From Rhodobiaceae bacterium (lineage in GTDB: Bacteria; Pseudomonadota; Alphaproteobacteria; MED-G09), in NCBI GenBank assembly GCA_002723035.1, contig PBNH01000021.1, forward strand, positions 1,272 to 65,271: 64,000 nucleotides of DNA, read 5' to 3'. The notes under the pieces were generated by a model that was not told where the DNA came from, ran no database searches, and saw only the letters and a list, made by a program, of their open reading frames with translations. Positions within the stretch are counted from its first letter, which is position 1; every line of letters begins with the position of its first letter. The position numbers were made by a program, and so were the translations under genes. Below, in pieces: positions 60,207 to 64,000 of this stretch.

Positions 60207-61157
60207 TTATTTTTTTGATTGCTCTATTAAATTATCTATTTCAGGGTCAGAAACATCTATATCTGTTTGAAATTTTAACAAAATGTTGAGAGTTTCTCTT
60301 GCTAAATCAGGCTCAAGAGTTTTTATATTCAATAAAACAAGTGACCTTGCCCAGTCAATTGTCTCAGATACAGAAGGAAGTTTCTTTAAATCTAAGCTTC
60401 TTAACCCTTGAACAAAACTTACTAATTGTTTTTTTAAATTTTCATCAATTTCAGGAACTCTCGAACTGATAATTTTCTCTTCTAAAAAAGGGTCAGGAAA
60501 AGGGATGTATAAATGCAAGCAACGTCTTTTAAGAGCATCCCCTATTTCTCTAGTATTGTTTGAAGTTAGAAATACAATCGGTTTTACTTTTCCTTTTATA
60601 GTACCTATTTCTGGAATTGATACTTGATAATCTGACAATATCTCAAGAAGAAATGCTTCAAATTCGTCATCTGATTTATCAATTTCATCAATTAATAAAA
60701 CTGAACCATTTTCACTTTCAATTGCTTTTAAAAGTGGCCTAGGTTCTAAAAATTTCTCGGAGAAAAATATGTCATCAAAATTATTTAAATTGTCAATTGA
60801 TGATTCAAGGCTATCAGATTTTGAAACAATTTGATTCAATTTATCTTTTAGAACCTGAGTATAAAGTAACTGCTTACCATACTTCCATTCATATAATGCT
60901 TTTGCCTCATCAAGACCCTCATAACATTGAAGTCTTATAAGAGGTTTTTCCATCCACTCGGCTGTTGCCTTTGCTAGCTCTGTTTTACCAACTCCAGGAG
61001 GACCCTCTACTAAAATAGGCTTTCCTAATGATTGGCTTAAAAATATCGCAGTAGCAATATGAGTATTACAAATATAACCTTGTTTTTCAAAATTAGACTG
61101 AATATTCTCTATTAAATCTTTTGCTGAAACATCGGATGATGTTTTATTATTAGACAA
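60207..61157 (-). CDS. MoxR family AAA+ ATPase, CoxD-like
   Basis: EGPPGVGKT, RLQCYEGLD, LLIDEIDK, FLLEILSD.Q..IPE.G, DALKRRC, PS.SET.DW. Confidence 0.9.
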   Translation of the reverse strand: MSNNKTSSDVSAKDLIENIQSNFEKQGYICNTHIATAIFLSQSLGKPILVEGPPGVGKTELAKATAEWMEKPLIRLQCYEGLDEAKALYEWKYGKQLLYTQVLKDKLNQIVSKSDSLESSIDNLNNFDDIFFSEKFLEPRPLLKAIESENGSVLLIDEIDKSDDEFEAFLLEILSDYQVSIPEIGTIKGKVKPIVFLTSNNTREIGDALKRRCLHLYIPFPDPFLEEKIISSRVPEIDENLKKQLVSFVQGLRSLDLKKLPSVSETIDWARSLVLLNIKTLEPDLARETLNILLKFQTDIDVSDPEIDNLIEQSKK

Positions 61158-61232
61158 TAAAATCTCCTTAATTAAGTTTCGTTTAAATTTAAGGTAGAAT
61201 ATACTTATTTACTTAACGTGAAAGGAAAAAAT

Positions 61233-63308
61233 ATGACCAATATCAATGACGTGACCAAATTGGATATAATTGAGAATGTTGGAGTTCTTAGTTTAAACTC
61301 ACCTCCAGTTAATGCTTTGTCGGCAAATGTAAGAGAAGGTTTAGATATTGGTATAAAAAAAGCTATTGAAAACATTGATATTCAAGCAATAGTAATCATA
61401 TGTGAAGGAAGAACTTTTATTGCTGGAGCAGATATATCAGAATTTGGCAAAGAACCAAAAGGACCATCATTATTCGAAGTTCAAGATATTATGGAAAATT
61501 CTCCAAAACCAGTTATTGCTGCTATTCATGGTACAGCATTAGGTGGTGGGCTAGAAGTTGCACTAACATGTCATTATAGAATAGCGATTAAATCAGCAAA
61601 ATGTGGTTTGCCTGAAGTAAATCTTGGTTTGTTGCCTGGCGCAGGCGGAACACAAAGACTTCCAAGATTAGTTGGAGTTGAACAAGCTTTGAAAATGGTT
61701 ACCTCAGGATTACATCTTCCTGCCGAACAATGTTTACAAAGTGGTCTTATTGATAAATTAGCTTACAATGATGATCTTTTGAATGACTCTATATCCTTTG
61801 CAAAGAAAATTATAAAAGAAAATAGACCACTAAAAAAAGTAAGAGACATAGATGAAAAAGTAAAAGCTGCTAAAGGTAATAATGAACTTTTTCAAAACTT
61901 TAGAAAATCAATTGAGAGAAAAACTAGAGGGTTCCTAGCACCAGAATATAATATTCAATGTATTGAAGCAGCTGTAAATAAGTCATTTGATGAAGGTATT
62001 AAAGTTGAAAGAGATTTATTTGTTAAGCTAATTAGCAGTAATCAATCAGCAGCACAAAGATATTTTTTCTTCGCTCAAAGACAAGTTGCAAAAATACCTG
62101 ATGTTCCAAAAGAAACAGAATTATTGAATATTAATAAGGTAGGTATCATTGGTGCAGGTACAATGGGTGGAGGCATTGCAATGAATTTTGCAAATGTAGG
62201 GATACCAGTTACTATTATAGAGCAGAGTCAAGAACGGCTTGATAAAGGTATCGGTATAATTAGAAAAAACTACGAAAATACGGCTACAAAAGGCCGCATT
62301 AGCCTTGGAGATGTTGAGAAAAGAATGCAACTCATTAATGGAAGTATCTCAATTGACTCTCTATCAGACAAAGACCTAATTATCGAAGCTGTTTTTGAGA
62401 ATATGGATTTAAAGAAAGAAATTTTCTCAGAACTAGATTTAATAGCTAAAGACACTGCAATACTTGCAACAAATACATCTGCTCTTAACATAAATGAAAT
62501 TGCTGAAACTACTAAAAGACCTGAAAGTGTAATTGGACTTCACTTTTTTAGCCCTGCAAATGTTATGAAGCTTTTAGAGATTGTAAGAGGAGAGAAGACC
62601 TCTAAAAAAATCATTGCTACATCCATGAGATTGGCAAAGACTATTGGAAAAACTGCCGCTTTAGTTGGTGTTTGCCCTGGTTTTGTGGGAAATAGAATTC
62701 TAGCCCAAAGACAAAGGGAGGCTAACAAGCTTATCCTAGAGGGAGCATTACCTTGGGAAATAGACGATGTTTTGTTTGATTTTGGTTTTCCAATGGGTCC
62801 TTTTGCAATGTCAGACTTAGCAGGACTTGATATAGGCTGGGATAAAGAAATATCAAGAAGCGAAACTATTAAAGATATATTATGTGAAAATGGAAGATTT
62901 GGTCAAAAATCTGGAAAAGGCTTTTATACTTATGATGAAAATAGAAATAAGCTACCTGATAATAATGTAGAAAAAATTATTCAGGATTTTGCAGAAAATA
63001 AACAAATTAAAAGAAGGAAAATAGAAAAAGATGAAATCTTAAAAAGATGTTTATTTCCAATGATAAATGAAGGATTTAAAATTCTTGATGAAGGTATGGC
63101 TATTAGGGCAAGCGATATAGATATAATTTGGATTAATGGTTATGGTTGGCCGATTTATGAGGGAGGTCCAATGTTTTATGGTAATCTAGTTGGATATGAT
63201 AAAATATTATCATGGCTTCAAGACATGGAAAAAGAGCATGGTACTGATTTTTCTCCATCTACATATTTAGAAAAAGTTGTTAAAGAAAAAATAAATATTT
63301 TTAATTAA
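61233..63308 (+). CDS. Bifunctional enoyl-CoA hydratase / 3-hydroxyacyl-CoA dehydrogenase (FadB-like)
   Basis: FIAGADI, ALGGGLE, LPEV.LGLLPGAGGTQR, GAGTMGGGI, EAVFE, NTS, GLHFFSPA, GFVGNR. ATG 61233 follows AAGGA; the ORF track uses GTG 61218. Confidence 0.92.
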   Translation: MTNINDVTKLDIIENVGVLSLNSPPVNALSANVREGLDIGIKKAIENIDIQAIVIICEGRTFIAGADISEFGKEPKGPSLFEVQDIMENSPKPVIAAIHGTALGGGLEVALTCHYRIAIKSAKCGLPEVNLGLLPGAGGTQRLPRLVGVEQALKMVTSGLHLPAEQCLQSGLIDKLAYNDDLLNDSISFAKKIIKENRPLKKVRDIDEKVKAAKGNNELFQNFRKSIERKTRGFLAPEYNIQCIEAAVNKSFDEGIKVERDLFVKLISSNQSAAQRYFFFAQRQVAKIPDVPKETELLNINKVGIIGAGTMGGGIAMNFANVGIPVTIIEQSQERLDKGIGIIRKNYENTATKGRISLGDVEKRMQLINGSISIDSLSDKDLIIEAVFENMDLKKEIFSELDLIAKDTAILATNTSALNINEIAETTKRPESVIGLHFFSPANVMKLLEIVRGEKTSKKIIATSMRLAKTIGKTAALVGVCPGFVGNRILAQRQREANKLILEGALPWEIDDVLFDFGFPMGPFAMSDLAGLDIGWDKEISRSETIKDILCENGRFGQKSGKGFYTYDENRNKLPDNNVEKIIQDFAENKQIKRRKIEKDEILKRCLFPMINEGFKILDEGMAIRASDIDIIWINGYGWPIYEGGPMFYGNLVGYDKILSWLQDMEKEHGTDFSPSTYLEKVVKEKINIFN

Positions 63309-63373
63309 TTGTCAAAAATTTTATTTTCAAAATTATTTTACTTTTCTTTAAAATTGCTTAATTAGGTAAAAAT

Positions 63374-64000
63374 ATGAAAATAAGCATTATTGGATCTGGT
63401 TATGTAGGGCTTGTCACTGGAGCATGTTTAGCAAGAGCTGATCAGAGTGTAACTTGCTTAGATATTAATGAAAAAAAAATTGAAGATTTAAAAAATGGAA
63501 TAATACCGATCTATGAACCAGGGTTAGAAGACTTAATTGAAGAAAAAGTAAAAAATAGTGTACTTTCATTTTCAAGTAATATAGCTGAAACAATAAAAAA
63601 AGCAGATGTCATTTTTATTGCTGTTGGAACACCTACAAATATTGAAAATGATAGTGCAGATTTGTCTCAAGTTTTTGCATGCGCAGAGGCAATAGGAAAA
63701 AATATAAAAAATAATACCGTTGTGATTTTAAAATCAACTGTACCAGTTGGTACGTGTGATAAAATAGAAGAAATAATTAGTTTAGTTAATCCAGCCATAA
63801 ATTTTGATGTTGTTTCAAATCCAGAATTTTTAAGAGAAGGCTCAGCTATTTTTGATTTTGAAAACCCAGACAGAATAATTGTGGGCACAAAAAATCAAAA
63901 CTCAATATCAACCTTGAATTCAATATATAAGAAACAAGCAGATGATCATTTTCCAATAATTTTTACAACAAGACGATCATCTGAACTAATTAAGTATGCC
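63374..64000 (+). CDS. ugd: UDP-glucose/GDP-mannose dehydrogenase family protein, N-terminal part (runs off the window edge)
   Basis: Not in the ORF track. Manual translation: MKISIIGSGYVGLVTGAC...PIYEPGL...FIAVGTP...KSTVPVGT...SNPEFLREGSA...SELIKYA. Confidence 0.93.
   Translation, partial: MKISIIGSGYVGLVTGACLARADQSVTCLDINEKKIEDLKNGIIPIYEPGLEDLIEEKVKNSVLSFSSNIAETIKKADVIFIAVGTPTNIENDSADLSQVFACAEAIGKNIKNNTVVILKSTVPVGTCDKIEEIISLVNPAINFDVVSNPEFLREGSAIFDFENPDRIIVGTKNQNSISTLNSIYKKQADDHFPIIFTTRRSSELIKYA

Noticed and set aside
1471..63888. Short opposite-strand ORFs within ftsH, tilS, pgk, fba, suhB, purE, pyk, gltB, fadB, ugd and others
   Set aside because: Fully overlapped by well-supported conserved genes, with no recognisable motifs

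Overview
AT-rich, densely packed chromosomal segment of a streamlined alphaproteobacterium. The gene order resembles Hyphomicrobiales/Rhodospirillales backbones; the taxon is inferred, not established. Positions 1-24.5 kb are housekeeping: glmM, ftsH, tilS, yebC, zapA, tkt-gap-pgk-fba-efp-suhB, rpmE, trcR, purEK, rpsU, three-gene transhydrogenase, pyk and rpmJ (missed by the ORF track). Positions ~24.5-49.4 kb form an integrase-less surface island around tRNA-Val(GAC). It holds TPR/2OG-Fe(II) oxygenases, a type I secretion system, rmlCBDA, two GT4 glycosyltransferases, two methyltransferases, a 2062-aa RTX/S-layer-like protein and a 658-aa repeat protein with a lipobox. Positions 49.6-64 kb carry a POT transporter, a carboxyltransferase, gltBD, a CoxD/CoxE-like pair, a FadB-like enzyme and a partial ugd. 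Most notable observations: (1) a phage T5 D14/Hjc-like nuclease sits where ruvC-ruvA-ruvB and tol-pal normally lie, between yebC and tilS; (2) the island looks like a compact secretion-plus-modification system for a glycosylated S-layer, with unusual T1SS parts (no C39-like domain, very short adaptor hairpin, small unknown leader gene, lipobox partner protein); (3) the transhydrogenase lacks both known proton-channel histidines; (4) there is no room for 6S RNA between zapA and ygfA; (5) a near-perfect Fur-type box lies upstream of gltB. All family calls come from motif recognition by eye; no searches were run.
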